A stretch of DNA of 64,000 bases from an uncultured Desulfospira sp. GTDB lineage: Bacteria; Desulfobacterota; Desulfobacteria; Desulfobacterales; Desulfobacteraceae. The notes beneath the pieces were generated by a model, which worked only from the letters and a program-made list of their open reading frames with translations, ran no database searches and had not been told where the DNA came from. This document shows, piece after piece, positions 40,247-49,964 of the stretch (positions within the stretch are counted from its first letter, which is position 1; every line of letters starts with the position of its first letter). The stretch spans positions 4,384,001 through 4,448,000 of the forward strand of contig OY760175.1 in the NCBI GenBank assembly GCA_963663165.1. Direction: 5' to 3'. The position numbers and the translations under genes are program-made.

Positions 40247-42109
40247 CTATAAATTCAGTTCCTCTATGACTTTCTGCATACCGCCGAGTTTTTCAAGGGA
40301 CTTCCGACTGGGCTTTCCGGTCGCCTCATCCCAGCCGATTGTTTCGTAAAAATTCTTGATAAACCCTTTATGGTCCACAGTAATACCCGCGATGGGGCCA
40401 TCGGCCAGGGGAGGTTCTCCAACCGATCGTGCAGGCGGCTTGAAATCAGCCGGCAGTAACCCTTCCCGTACGTTAAAGGCCTGGCGCAGATTGAAGATTC
40501 GAAGGCCCGCGGCCTGTTCCTCTTCTTCACCGAATTTCCAGCCGGTAACCGCCTCAAGAAGGGGCCTGGGCATATTGGGGAAGCCGCAGAAGTCGTTGCC
40601 GAAAAGACATAGGCCCGCTGAGTTCATCACTTCCCTGGCGGCGGTGGCCATGACGTCCGGTGGTCCACTGCCCTTTGGGCTGTTTTTATCCTCAAGGGGG
40701 GAAGGTCCCAAGCCGATACCTCCCTTGACATGGCGGCCCGGGGTCGGGTCCACGGCATAGGTCCTGGCAAGCGCCGGTCCAAAGCGGGGATCGTGCATGG
40801 GCAGCTCAATCCCTTTTACGGCAACCAGATATTCATCACCTTTCCCGAGCTTCTTGGCTGCTGCCGCAGACCCAAGTGCCAGCAGCTTGCCGAATTCAGT
40901 ATTTTGATCGGCCATTTCCCGGGTGGCCTGGACAAGTGCTTCCCCGTTTCCCCAGGTCAACTCCAGACCGCCGGTTTCCTCTTTGGACAGGAGCCCGTTT
41001 TCGTAGCATTCGATGGCCCAGGCAAGTGTACCTCCCGCCGAGATGGTGTCCAGACCGTCGAGATTACAGATATGGTTGCATTTGATCAAAGCCTCAACAT
41101 CTTTGTTCATAACCAGCGGACCAAAGCTGATGGATGTTTCGTATTCAGGCCTGCCGGTTTCGCCCACAGGCCATTTGCCCTCTTCAACTTTATAGACGGC
41201 ACCGCATCCCATGGGACAGCTGGCACAGGCAAATTTTTTGGTCCGGTACTTGGCATCCATGGCTTCACCCTCAAAGGGGGAAACATCCTCTTCTTTGAAA
41301 TCAGCGTTCACGGCACCCGCCCAGTTTTTCACCGGAGCATCGCCACACATCATGGACCCGCTGGTCATGAGGGTGGTGCCCAATGCAGAAAAGCCCCCTA
41401 CCATCTGCGCCATGGGGCCTTCTTTCATGGTCTTCATGATATCCTGATTAACCGCCTTAAGACGATCCCTATCGGCCACGGGTATGGAACCCTTTCCTCT
41501 CACAACGACGGCCTTCAGGTTCTTGGACCCCATGACCGCCCCGCATCCCCCCCGTCCGGCTGCACGATGCCCGTCATTCATAACGGCGGAAATGAGCGAT
41601 AATTTTTCACCTGCCTGGCCGATGGTCGCCAGGCGAAGCTTCTTGTCCCCGAGCTCTTCCTTAAGGGTTTTCTCGGTATCTACAACATCCTTGCCCCACA
41701 GATGACCGGCGTCCTTGATTTCCACAGCACCGTCATTAATCCAAAGGTACACAGGCTTTGAGGAACTTCCAGAGACAAAAACCGCATCAAATCCAGCTTT
41801 CTTCAATTCTGCTCCGAAATAGCCTCCGGAATTGGCATCATTCCATCCTCCGGTAACCGGGGACTTGCAGACAATTGTATATCGCCCGCCAAACAAGGCT
41901 CCTGTGGCGGTCAGAGGTCCCGTTGTAAAGCCGATGATATTTTCAGGCCCCAGGGCGTCAACGCCCGGTTTCATCATATCAAACAGCACTTTCGCACCAA
42001 TGCCGTAGCCACCGATAAATTTTTCGGCAGTTTCCTGTGGCAAGTCACGCTCCTGACACTCACCACTGGTCAAATCGACAAAGAGCATTTTCCCACAGTA
42101 CCCGTTCAT
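40247..42109 (-). CDS. Aldehyde:ferredoxin oxidoreductase (W/Mo AOR family)
   Basis: KSPVTG, AAGRGGCGAVMGSKNLKA, CASCPMGC, PEYET, DGLDTIS and HDPR; start refined to ATG 42109. Confidence 0.92.
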   Translation of the reverse strand: MNGYCGKMLFVDLTSGECQERDLPQETAEKFIGGYGIGAKVLFDMMKPGVDALGPENIIGFTTGPLTATGALFGGRYTIVCKSPVTGGWNDANSGGYFGAELKKAGFDAVFVSGSSSKPVYLWINDGAVEIKDAGHLWGKDVVDTEKTLKEELGDKKLRLATIGQAGEKLSLISAVMNDGHRAAGRGGCGAVMGSKNLKAVVVRGKGSIPVADRDRLKAVNQDIMKTMKEGPMAQMVGGFSALGTTLMTSGSMMCGDAPVKNWAGAVNADFKEEDVSPFEGEAMDAKYRTKKFACASCPMGCGAVYKVEEGKWPVGETGRPEYETSISFGPLVMNKDVEALIKCNHICNLDGLDTISAGGTLAWAIECYENGLLSKEETGGLELTWGNGEALVQATREMADQNTEFGKLLALGSAAAAKKLGKGDEYLVAVKGIELPMHDPRFGPALARTYAVDPTPGRHVKGGIGLGPSPLEDKNSPKGSGPPDVMATAAREVMNSAGLCLFGNDFCGFPNMPRPLLEAVTGWKFGEEEEQAAGLRIFNLRQAFNVREGLLPADFKPPARSVGEPPLADGPIAGITVDHKGFIKNFYETIGWDEATGKPSRKSLEKLGGMQKVIEELNL

Positions 42110-42269
42110 GTGTTCTTCCCCCGTATTCATTGAATTACTTAAATGACAAAATCTCGCTTCAATTTTGTCGGTTCCTTCGACTCAATCATATTTTTTTTTT
42201 ACACAAAGATAAAGTCGGTTTTTTACCTGGACTTCAATACAATAGTGTATTTTAGAATTCCGAATTCCG

Positions 42270-42641
42270 AATTCCGGGGACACGAAACAAAAATATTGAT
42301 AAGTTGAGTTTGATTTGCAATAAGTACCAATATGGCAAGGATAGCAAGAGCAGTAGCCCCGGGATACCCCCATCACATTACGCAAAGGGGTAACCGCAGG
42401 CAGCAGACATTCTTTTTGGATGAAGATTATCAGGCCTATATTGATCTGATGGCGCAATGGTGCGGGCATTTTAATGTAGAAATCTGGAGTTACTGCCTGA
42501 TGCCCAATCATACCCATTTAATTGCGGTTCCCGCAACATTATCCAGCTCGAAACCGAGACCGGTCGGATGCTGAGAAAAAAGAAGACCGGCCCGAAAGGG
42601 CCAAGATTAAAACGATAATTTTGTATCGTGTCCCCGGAATT
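42270..42641 (+). mobile_element. Internally deleted copy of the HUH transposase unit
   Basis: Same ends and near-identical sequence to 37533-38286, lacking 382 bp between two CAT trinucleotides. Confidence 0.85.
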
Positions 42642-42877
42642 AAGAAAAAACGCATTTCTTTTGCCATAAGCCGGGAATTCGGCTATATATAGCTGGATAT
42701 TCAAAATATAAACCGTCACCAAAGGATCCTTGGCAGGATATTGCCATGGCAACGGCTGAAGGCTGCCGCTATCCTCCTTTAGCCATCAACTTTCATATTG
42801 TTACAGACGCCTGACCGCTATCAGCAAAAAGCTAACAGCTAACGGCTGATAGCTAACAGCTTATAAATATAAACAAC

Positions 42878-43759
42878 ATGGACTCATACTTTAAACAAAA
42901 AACCATAGCCCGAAATGTCGGCCTGTCCGGGACCGGCGTTCATTCCGGCAAAAAAAACAACATCACCATAAAGCCGGCGCCGGAAAATCACGGCATTAAA
43001 TTTCAGCGGGTGGACCTGCCCGGCACAGCCCCCATCCAGGCCCTGTTCAAGCGGGTGGTGGATACCAGCTTAGCCACCGTGATCGGCACCAACGGCGCCA
43101 TTGTCTCTACCATTGAACATCTCATGGGCAGCTTTGCCGGCCTTGGCATTGACAATGCCCTGGTGGAAATGGACGAATATGAAATGCCCATCATGGACGG
43201 CAGCGCCCGGGAGTTTACCCAGGTCTTTGAGGCGGCCGGGATTGTGGCCCAGAACCTGCCCAAACATTTCATGATCATGAAGAAAAAAGTGCGGGTAGAA
43301 GAGCAGGATAAATATGTGGAAGTGGTCCCTGCGCCCTGTTTTAAGATTACCTGTTCCATTGATTTTGACCACCCGTTGATCGGAAAACAGAAAATCACCT
43401 TTGACCGGGCTAAAAATAACTTTGAACAGGAAGTCAGCCATGCCCGGACCTTCGGGTTTGTAAAGGATATTGAACTGCTTAAACGGTTCAGCTTGGGAAA
43501 GGGCGGCAGCCTTGACAATGCCATTATCCTGGACAAAGACAAAATTCTCAATGAGGACGGCTTACGGTATCCGGATGAATTTGTCCGGCACAAGCTGCTG
43601 GACAGCCTTGGGGATTTTTCTTTGCTGGGCATGCCCATCCAGGGGCATATTATTTCCCATAAATCCGGCCATACCCTGAACCACAAGTTTATCCGGCAGC
43701 TTCTTGAAAACACCGATGCATGGGAAACCGGGCCGGCCACACCGGTACCGGTAAACTGA
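42878..43759 (+). CDS. lpxC: UDP-3-O-acyl-N-acetylglucosamine deacetylase
   Basis: GTGVHSG, STIEHL, PIMDGSA, ARTFGF, RHKLLD and GH. Confidence 0.96.
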   Translation: MDSYFKQKTIARNVGLSGTGVHSGKKNNITIKPAPENHGIKFQRVDLPGTAPIQALFKRVVDTSLATVIGTNGAIVSTIEHLMGSFAGLGIDNALVEMDEYEMPIMDGSAREFTQVFEAAGIVAQNLPKHFMIMKKKVRVEEQDKYVEVVPAPCFKITCSIDFDHPLIGKQKITFDRAKNNFEQEVSHARTFGFVKDIELLKRFSLGKGGSLDNAIILDKDKILNEDGLRYPDEFVRHKLLDSLGDFSLLGMPIQGHIISHKSGHTLNHKFIRQLLENTDAWETGPATPVPVN

Positions 43760-43761
43760 CC

Positions 43762-44322
43762 ATGAATAAATTTTTTTTTATCCTCATCCTTGTTGCCGGC
43801 CTGGTTCTGCCCCTGGCCTGTTTTGCGGACAATTCGGCCATGCTGGCCAATATCAAGCTGGCCAACACCAGAGATGACCTTCTGGCCTATTTTCAGGTAG
43901 AAAAAGCCTTTGATGAGAACATCAGCCAGGCCGTCAAAAACGGGGTGCCCACGACCTTTTCATTTCTGGTCGCCTTGTACAAAACCAGTGATTCCTGGCT
44001 GGATAAAAAAATTGCCGATGTTCAGATTAAATCCACCATAAAATTTAATTCCCTGAAAGAAGAGTATACGGTGTCAAGGCCTTGGAAAGACGAAAAACCG
44101 CTTACCACTAAGTCCTTTGACCAGGCAAAGTCCTGGATGACGGAAATTGACAACCTCAAGGTCATTCCGTTAAACAAGCTGGTCAAGGGCGGTAAATACC
44201 AGATCAGAATCAAAGCGGAACTGGATAAAGTGACCCTTCCCCTTTCCCTTCACAATGTGTTTTTCTTTGTCTCTTTCTGGGATGTTAAAACCGACTGGTA
44301 TCTTGTAAATTTTACGTATTGA
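43762..44322 (+). CDS. DUF4390-like exported protein
   Basis: Signal peptide; typical position upstream of ntrY/ntrX-like genes. Confidence 0.65.
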   Translation: MNKFFFILILVAGLVLPLACFADNSAMLANIKLANTRDDLLAYFQVEKAFDENISQAVKNGVPTTFSFLVALYKTSDSWLDKKIADVQIKSTIKFNSLKEEYTVSRPWKDEKPLTTKSFDQAKSWMTEIDNLKVIPLNKLVKGGKYQIRIKAELDKVTLPLSLHNVFFFVSFWDVKTDWYLVNFTY

Positions 44323-44325
44323 TCC

Positions 44326-46539
44326 ATGGACAGTGAAAGAGAACATCTGCCTGGAAAAATGTCCAGGAGGAAAAAAGAAGGAATTTTAATCCTTGCTATC
44401 CTTCTGATTGTGGGGGTGCTGACCTTTGTTGAAATAAAGATCACGCCCTTTGGAAGTGACTTTCCCTTTTCCAGTACCGTGTTGATGTTTATCCTCATCA
44501 ACATCAACCTGCTGCTGCTGCTGACCCTTCTTATCCTTGTTTTCAGGAATCTCGCTAAACTTTATACGGAAAAAAAGCAAAATATTTTCGGCTCAAAGCT
44601 GAAAACCCGGCTGGTGATTTCCTTTGTTGTCCTGGCCCTTTTGCCCACCACGGTGTTGTTTTTCTTTGCCATCCAGTTTTTGTCCACGTCCATTGCCTTC
44701 TGGTTTAATGCGCCGGTAGAGCAGACCCTGAACTCTTCGGTGGCGGTAGGGCAGAAACTCTACGATTATATTGAAGAAAAAAATGAGTTTTTTGCCAAAC
44801 GGGCCGCCTATCAGATCGACTCCCGGAAACTGCTGGATAAGAAAAATGAAAAGAGCCTGAACCGGTATACCCAGGTCATTCAACGGGCGTTTAACCGGCA
44901 TGCCGTGGAGGTTTATACGCCGGATGCCAAGCGGATCAGCCTGTCCCTGGACAACGAGGTGGAGGCCCTTCATTTCGGGTTGCTGACCACGGATGAACTG
45001 ACCCGGATTGCCCCGGACAAGGCCAGCGCCACCATCTATCAGCTCATTGACCAGGGAGAATTTTTAAGGACCGTTGCCACCATTCCATTTGGGATTGCTC
45101 CGGATAAAGCCCAGGGGTTTATTGTGATTACCACCATTGTATCCATGGACCTTTCCGAGAATCTTAAGGCCATCCTCAAGGGAATTGAGGAGTACCAGCA
45201 GTTGAAATTAACCAAGAAACCGGCCCAGATTTCATACTATATTGCCCTGTCCATTGTGGCACTGCTGGTGCTTTTCTGCTCCGTCTGGTTCGGGTTTCAG
45301 CTGGCCAAGTCCATTACCGTGCCCATCATGAAGTTTGCCGAAGGCACCAAACGGGTGGCTGAAGGGGACTTAACCTACCAGATTGATTATCAGACCGATG
45401 ATGAAATCGGAACCCTGATTGACTCCTTTAATTCCATGACCAAACAGCTGGCCGCCGGAAGAAAACAGCTGGATATGTCCGGTAAAATGCTGGAACACCA
45501 GTATGTTGAGCTGGAAAAAAGCCGGCAGTACATGGAAATTGTCTTAAGAAACGTGTCCACCGGTGTGGTCTCCATTGACAACAAGGGCATCATCACCACC
45601 ATGAACAAGGCCGCGGAATCCATGCTGGATATCCAGAGCCGGCAGGTCTTAGGCCGGAATTTTAAGCAGGTCCTCAGTGAAAAATACCTGAAAGTGGCGG
45701 ACACCATATTTGAACAGGCCGCCCACAGCCCCCACCATGTTCAGATTCCCATTTCCGCCACCATCTCGGGATCTCCCAAGCATTTTTCCCTGCATTATGC
45801 CATTTTAAAAGATGACACCGATAAGGACGTGGGCGGGGTTCTGGTGTTTGATGATGTCACGGCGCTGGAAAAGGCCCAGCGGGTGGTGGCCTGGCGGGAA
45901 GTGGCCCGGCGCATAGCCCATGAGGTAAAAAATCCGCTCACCCCCATCAAGCTGTCGGCCCAGCGGCTTAAGCGCAAATACGGCAAGCAGATTGATGATG
46001 AGATTTTCAACCGGTGTGCCGACACCATTGTGGAGCATGTGGACCTGATCCGGAACCTGGTAAACCAGTTTTCGGCCTTTGCCAAATTCCCGGACACCAA
46101 TTTTTCAAAGGACCGCATCGAAGATATCATTTTGGAGACCATTGCCCTTTATAGGGAAGGCCTTGAAAATGTGGAAATCAAGGAACACTTCAGCACGGAG
46201 ATCCCCTTGCTCAAACTGGATCGCCAGCACATGAAACAGGCCTTTATCAATTTGTTTGATAATGCGGTTTATGCGGTTAACAAAAACGGGGTGATCACCG
46301 TTGACGTGTTTTATGACCAGATTCTCAAGATTGTGAGAATTGAAATTGCCGATAATGGCAAAGGAATTTCAGACAAAGAAAAAACCCGGCTTTTTGAGCC
46401 GTATTTTTCCACAAAACAGTCCGGCATGGGGTTGGGCCTGGCCATTGTCAGTTCCATTATTTCCGATCACAACGGGGTGATCCGGGTCCAGGACAACCAG
46501 CCCAGGGGGGCCAAATTTATTATTGAACTGCCGGCGTGA
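44326..46539 (+). CDS. NtrY-like HAMP-PAS sensor histidine kinase
   Basis: AWREVARRIAHEVKNPLTPIKLSAQRL and an HATPase domain. Confidence 0.92.
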   Translation: MDSEREHLPGKMSRRKKEGILILAILLIVGVLTFVEIKITPFGSDFPFSSTVLMFILININLLLLLTLLILVFRNLAKLYTEKKQNIFGSKLKTRLVISFVVLALLPTTVLFFFAIQFLSTSIAFWFNAPVEQTLNSSVAVGQKLYDYIEEKNEFFAKRAAYQIDSRKLLDKKNEKSLNRYTQVIQRAFNRHAVEVYTPDAKRISLSLDNEVEALHFGLLTTDELTRIAPDKASATIYQLIDQGEFLRTVATIPFGIAPDKAQGFIVITTIVSMDLSENLKAILKGIEEYQQLKLTKKPAQISYYIALSIVALLVLFCSVWFGFQLAKSITVPIMKFAEGTKRVAEGDLTYQIDYQTDDEIGTLIDSFNSMTKQLAAGRKQLDMSGKMLEHQYVELEKSRQYMEIVLRNVSTGVVSIDNKGIITTMNKAAESMLDIQSRQVLGRNFKQVLSEKYLKVADTIFEQAAHSPHHVQIPISATISGSPKHFSLHYAILKDDTDKDVGGVLVFDDVTALEKAQRVVAWREVARRIAHEVKNPLTPIKLSAQRLKRKYGKQIDDEIFNRCADTIVEHVDLIRNLVNQFSAFAKFPDTNFSKDRIEDIILETIALYREGLENVEIKEHFSTEIPLLKLDRQHMKQAFINLFDNAVYAVNKNGVITVDVFYDQILKIVRIEIADNGKGISDKEKTRLFEPYFSTKQSGMGLGLAIVSSIISDHNGVIRVQDNQPRGAKFIIELPA

Positions 46540-46637
46540 CGTTTAGGTGGATAGACTGAAGGCTGAAGGCCCTTGAGAAACAGCCCGGTTCCTTTACCCT
46601 TCAGTCTTCAGCCTAAAAACCTTAGAAAGGAAGACCC

Positions 46638-47984
46638 ATGTATCCTGCCATATTAATAGTTGATGACGAAGCCACCATCATTGAATCCCTTGAGGGGATT
46701 TTATCCGATGACGGATTTGAGGTCATTCATGCCTTTAACGGGTACGAGGCCTTAAAAAAAATAGAGTCCGACTCCCCGGATATCGTTTTGCTGGATATCT
46801 GGATGCCGGGAATGGACGGCATTGAAACCCTCAAGGAGATCAAGAAAAAATTCCCGAGCCTGCCCGTTGTCATGATCACGGGACACGGCTCCATTGAATC
46901 CGCCGTGGACGCCACCAAGTCCGGGGCCTATGATTTTTTAGAAAAACCGCTCTCCATTGACAAGGTCATGGTGACCATCAACAATGCCTTAAATTTCAGG
47001 AAACTGGAAGAAGAGAACATCTATCTGCGCAAAAAGAGCATTGAAAAGAACTCCATCACCGGCACCAGCCCGGCGGTTCAAAAGCTTTATGCCGAGGTCA
47101 TGGCCGCCTCCCCTTCCGATGCGTCCATCCTGATCACCGGGGAGAACGGGACCGGTAAGGAAATGGTGGCCCGGACCATTCACCAGTTCAGTTTACGGCC
47201 TGAAGGCCCGTTTATTGCCATCAACTGCGCCGCGATCCCTGCGGAAAATATTGATTCTGAACTGTTCGGCCATGAAAAAGGGGCCTTTGACAAGGCCACC
47301 TCCAAAAATAAGGGCAAATTTGAGCTGGCCTCGGGCGGGACCCTTTTTCTGGATGAAATCGGGGACATGAACATTGATACCCAGGCCAAAATATTAAGGG
47401 CCCTGGAGTCCAAGACTTTTCAGCGAATCGGCGGGGGACGGACCCTTCATATGGATGTCCGGCTCATCACCTCCACCAACAAAAACCTTGAACTAGAAAT
47501 CCAGGAAGGCCGGTTCAGAGAGGACCTGTTTTACCGGCTCAACGTTATTCCCATCCGGGTTCCGGCCCTAAGAGAACGAAAAGAAGACATTCCGCTGCTG
47601 GTGGATACTTTTTTGGGAAAACTGTCCGGCAAGGGGCATTCCCGGAAAACCATCTGCCCTGAAGCCATGGACCTGCTCAGCCAGTACCCCTGGCAGGGGA
47701 ATGTCCGGGAGTTGAAAAATCTTCTGGAGCGGCTGTCCATCATGGTTGAAACAGATGTCATAGCGCTTTCCGACATCCCGTTTCCCTACAATCCCAAGTC
47801 CAGCGAGCCGGTTCATCCTGAGCGAAGATGGTTGTTTAACATTGACGGCCTTGAGCAGGCCAGGGTTTATTTTGAAAAGGAATTTATCAAAAATAAGCTG
47901 GATCAGCTGGATGGCGATGTTTCAGCCGCGGCCAAACAAATCGGGACCAGTGTCCGGTTTATCAAAAAAAGACTGGGCAAATGA
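46638..47984 (+). CDS. NtrX-like sigma54-type response regulator
   Basis: Receiver plus AAA+ (GENGTGKE, LFGHEKGAF, WQGNVREL); the GAFTGA loop reads GAFDKA. Confidence 0.9.
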   Translation: MYPAILIVDDEATIIESLEGILSDDGFEVIHAFNGYEALKKIESDSPDIVLLDIWMPGMDGIETLKEIKKKFPSLPVVMITGHGSIESAVDATKSGAYDFLEKPLSIDKVMVTINNALNFRKLEEENIYLRKKSIEKNSITGTSPAVQKLYAEVMAASPSDASILITGENGTGKEMVARTIHQFSLRPEGPFIAINCAAIPAENIDSELFGHEKGAFDKATSKNKGKFELASGGTLFLDEIGDMNIDTQAKILRALESKTFQRIGGGRTLHMDVRLITSTNKNLELEIQEGRFREDLFYRLNVIPIRVPALRERKEDIPLLVDTFLGKLSGKGHSRKTICPEAMDLLSQYPWQGNVRELKNLLERLSIMVETDVIALSDIPFPYNPKSSEPVHPERRWLFNIDGLEQARVYFEKEFIKNKLDQLDGDVSAAAKQIGTSVRFIKKRLGK

Positions 47985-48538
47985 GAATTGTGGCCGGCTC
48001 ATGCCGGGGCCGGAAACTGACCCCGATCCAGGGGTGGGATATCCGGCCCACCTCAGACCGGGTCAGGGAGGCCCTGTTTAATATCCTGGGGCCCAAGGTG
48101 CGCCACGCAAAGGTCCTGGATCTGTTTGCCGGCACCGGGGCCCTTGGCCTTGAGGCCTTGAGCCGGGGTGCCGATCATGTTGTTTTTGTGGATAACGCCA
48201 AAACATCGTGTCAAATTATCCAGGCAAACATTGACCTGTGCCGCATGGGCCCCCGGGCCAACCTTGTCCAGGCCGACCTCATTTCAGGCCCCCTGCCGGA
48301 GACACTGGTATCCGGGCGCTTTGATCTTATTTTTATGGACCCGCCCTATAAAAAAGGAATGATTGGCCACATCATGGAAAGACTGTTGTTTACGGATCTT
48401 CTGGTTCCCGGCGGCCTCATGATTATTGAACACGCAGCTGCCGAAAATTTGCCCCAAATTCCGAACGTCCTTGACATTTACCGGCAAAAAAAATACTCAA
48501 AGACCGTTATTTCTATTTTGACCCGAGCGCCGGACTGA
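47981..48538 (+). CDS. rsmD: 16S rRNA m2G966 methyltransferase
   Basis: RPTSDRVREALF, LDLFAGTG and DPPY. Confidence 0.92.
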   Translation: MRIVAGSCRGRKLTPIQGWDIRPTSDRVREALFNILGPKVRHAKVLDLFAGTGALGLEALSRGADHVVFVDNAKTSCQIIQANIDLCRMGPRANLVQADLISGPLPETLVSGRFDLIFMDPPYKKGMIGHIMERLLFTDLLVPGGLMIIEHAAAENLPQIPNVLDIYRQKKYSKTVISILTRAPD

Positions 48539-48550
48539 AGGAAACCGTAT

Positions 48551-49069
48551 ATGGAAGATAAAAAAAAGATTGCCATTTATCCGGGGTCGTTTGACCCGTT
48601 GACCAACGGCCACGTGGATGTGATTCAAAGGGCCCTTGAAATTTTTGACCAGGTTATTGTGACCATCCTGATCAATCCCAATAAAAAAAGCCTTTTTACC
48701 ATCCCGGAACGGCTGGATATTATTAAAAACAGTTTTAACGGCAACCCGAATCTGATGGTGGATTCCTTTGACGGACTGCTGGTGGATTATGCCAAGATGA
48801 AAAATGCGGTTGCCATTATCCGCGGGATGAGGGCCATATCCGACTTTGAAAGTGAGTTCCAGATGGCCCTGATGAACCGGAAACTGTATAAAGATGTCCA
48901 GTCGGTTTTTCTCATGACCGGCCTTCGGTGGATTTTTACCAGCTCTTCCATCATCAAGGAAGCCGCCCAGTTCGGCGGAGATGTGTCCGACATGGTTCCG
49001 GAACCGGCACTTATTAAGCTTAAGGAAAAATTCCCCAAATCCAGCAAGACAACAGGGAAAAAGGAGTGA
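48551..49069 (+). CDS. coaD: Pantetheine-phosphate adenylyltransferase
   Basis: YPGSFDPLTNGH and SSSIIKE. Confidence 0.96.
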   Translation: MEDKKKIAIYPGSFDPLTNGHVDVIQRALEIFDQVIVTILINPNKKSLFTIPERLDIIKNSFNGNPNLMVDSFDGLLVDYAKMKNAVAIIRGMRAISDFESEFQMALMNRKLYKDVQSVFLMTGLRWIFTSSSIIKEAAQFGGDVSDMVPEPALIKLKEKFPKSSKTTGKKE

Positions 49070-49070
49070 T

Positions 49071-49964
49071 ATGGATTTATGGCAGCTGAAAATTTTTACT
49101 TCCGTGGTGGACAATAAGAGTTTTTCAAAGGCGTCTGAAGCCGTTAACCTTTCCCAGCCCACGGTTTCCACCCACATTAAAGAGCTTGAAGACCATTTCC
49201 AGTGCCGGCTTCTGGACCGGTTAGGCAAAAAAACCGAACCCACACGGGCCGGCCAGATTCTTTACGAATACGCCACTGAGCTTCTGCACATTAAAAATCA
49301 GACCGAGTCGGCCATGTTTGATTTTCTGGGAAGGACCCGGGGGGAACTGAGCCTCGGGGGAAGCACCATCCCGGCCGGTTATATCCTGCCAAAGGTGATG
49401 GAGCCGTTTATGAAGGCCTATCCCAATGTATTGGTTTCCCTGAATACCGGGGATACCCGCCAGGTGGTTGAGGATGTTAAAAAAGGGCGGATTGAGATCG
49501 GTATTGTTGGGGCCGGCACCGAAGATCCGGCCATTGTCCAGGAAAAGTTTGCATCGGATCAGATGAAGCTGATCGTTCCGGTGGACCATGAATGGGCCGG
49601 CCGCCAGTCCGTTCAATGTTCAGAGCTGTTCTCCCAGAATTTTATCGCCAGAGAAAAGGGCTCCGGGACCTGGCAGTCCATTCTTCACAGCATGGATGCG
49701 GCCGGGTTCAACTCAAAAAATTTAAACATCCGCATCACCATGGGCAGCACCATCGCTGTGATTCAGGGCATCTTAAGCCACCTGGGGATTTCCATTCTGT
49801 CAACCATTGCGGTTGAAGATTATATCCGGCAAAAGCGCCTGGCCGCCATCAGCGTTGAGGGCCTTGACCTGAACCGGTTTTTTTATCTGACCCTGCATGC
49901 CAGAAGGGAGCGCTCCCCCATCTGTAAAAAATTTATTGAATTTGCCAGAAGCCGGTATAGTTAG
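49071..49964 (+). CDS. LysR-family regulator
   Basis: SFSKASEAVNLSQPTVSTHIKELE and REKGSGT; start refined to ATG 49071 after AAGGAG. Confidence 0.92.
   Translation: MDLWQLKIFTSVVDNKSFSKASEAVNLSQPTVSTHIKELEDHFQCRLLDRLGKKTEPTRAGQILYEYATELLHIKNQTESAMFDFLGRTRGELSLGGSTIPAGYILPKVMEPFMKAYPNVLVSLNTGDTRQVVEDVKKGRIEIGIVGAGTEDPAIVQEKFASDQMKLIVPVDHEWAGRQSVQCSELFSQNFIAREKGSGTWQSILHSMDAAGFNSKNLNIRITMGSTIAVIQGILSHLGISILSTIAVEDYIRQKRLAAISVEGLDLNRFFYLTLHARRERSPICKKFIEFARSRYS

Larger units (their letters stand above)
19462..42663. mobile_element. Accessory island between comM and lpxC bounded by a 22-bp direct repeat
   Basis: AAGAAAAAACGCATTTCTTTTG at 19462-19483, 36001-36022 and 42642-42663; all accessory modules lie between the outer copies. 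Confidence 0.7.
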
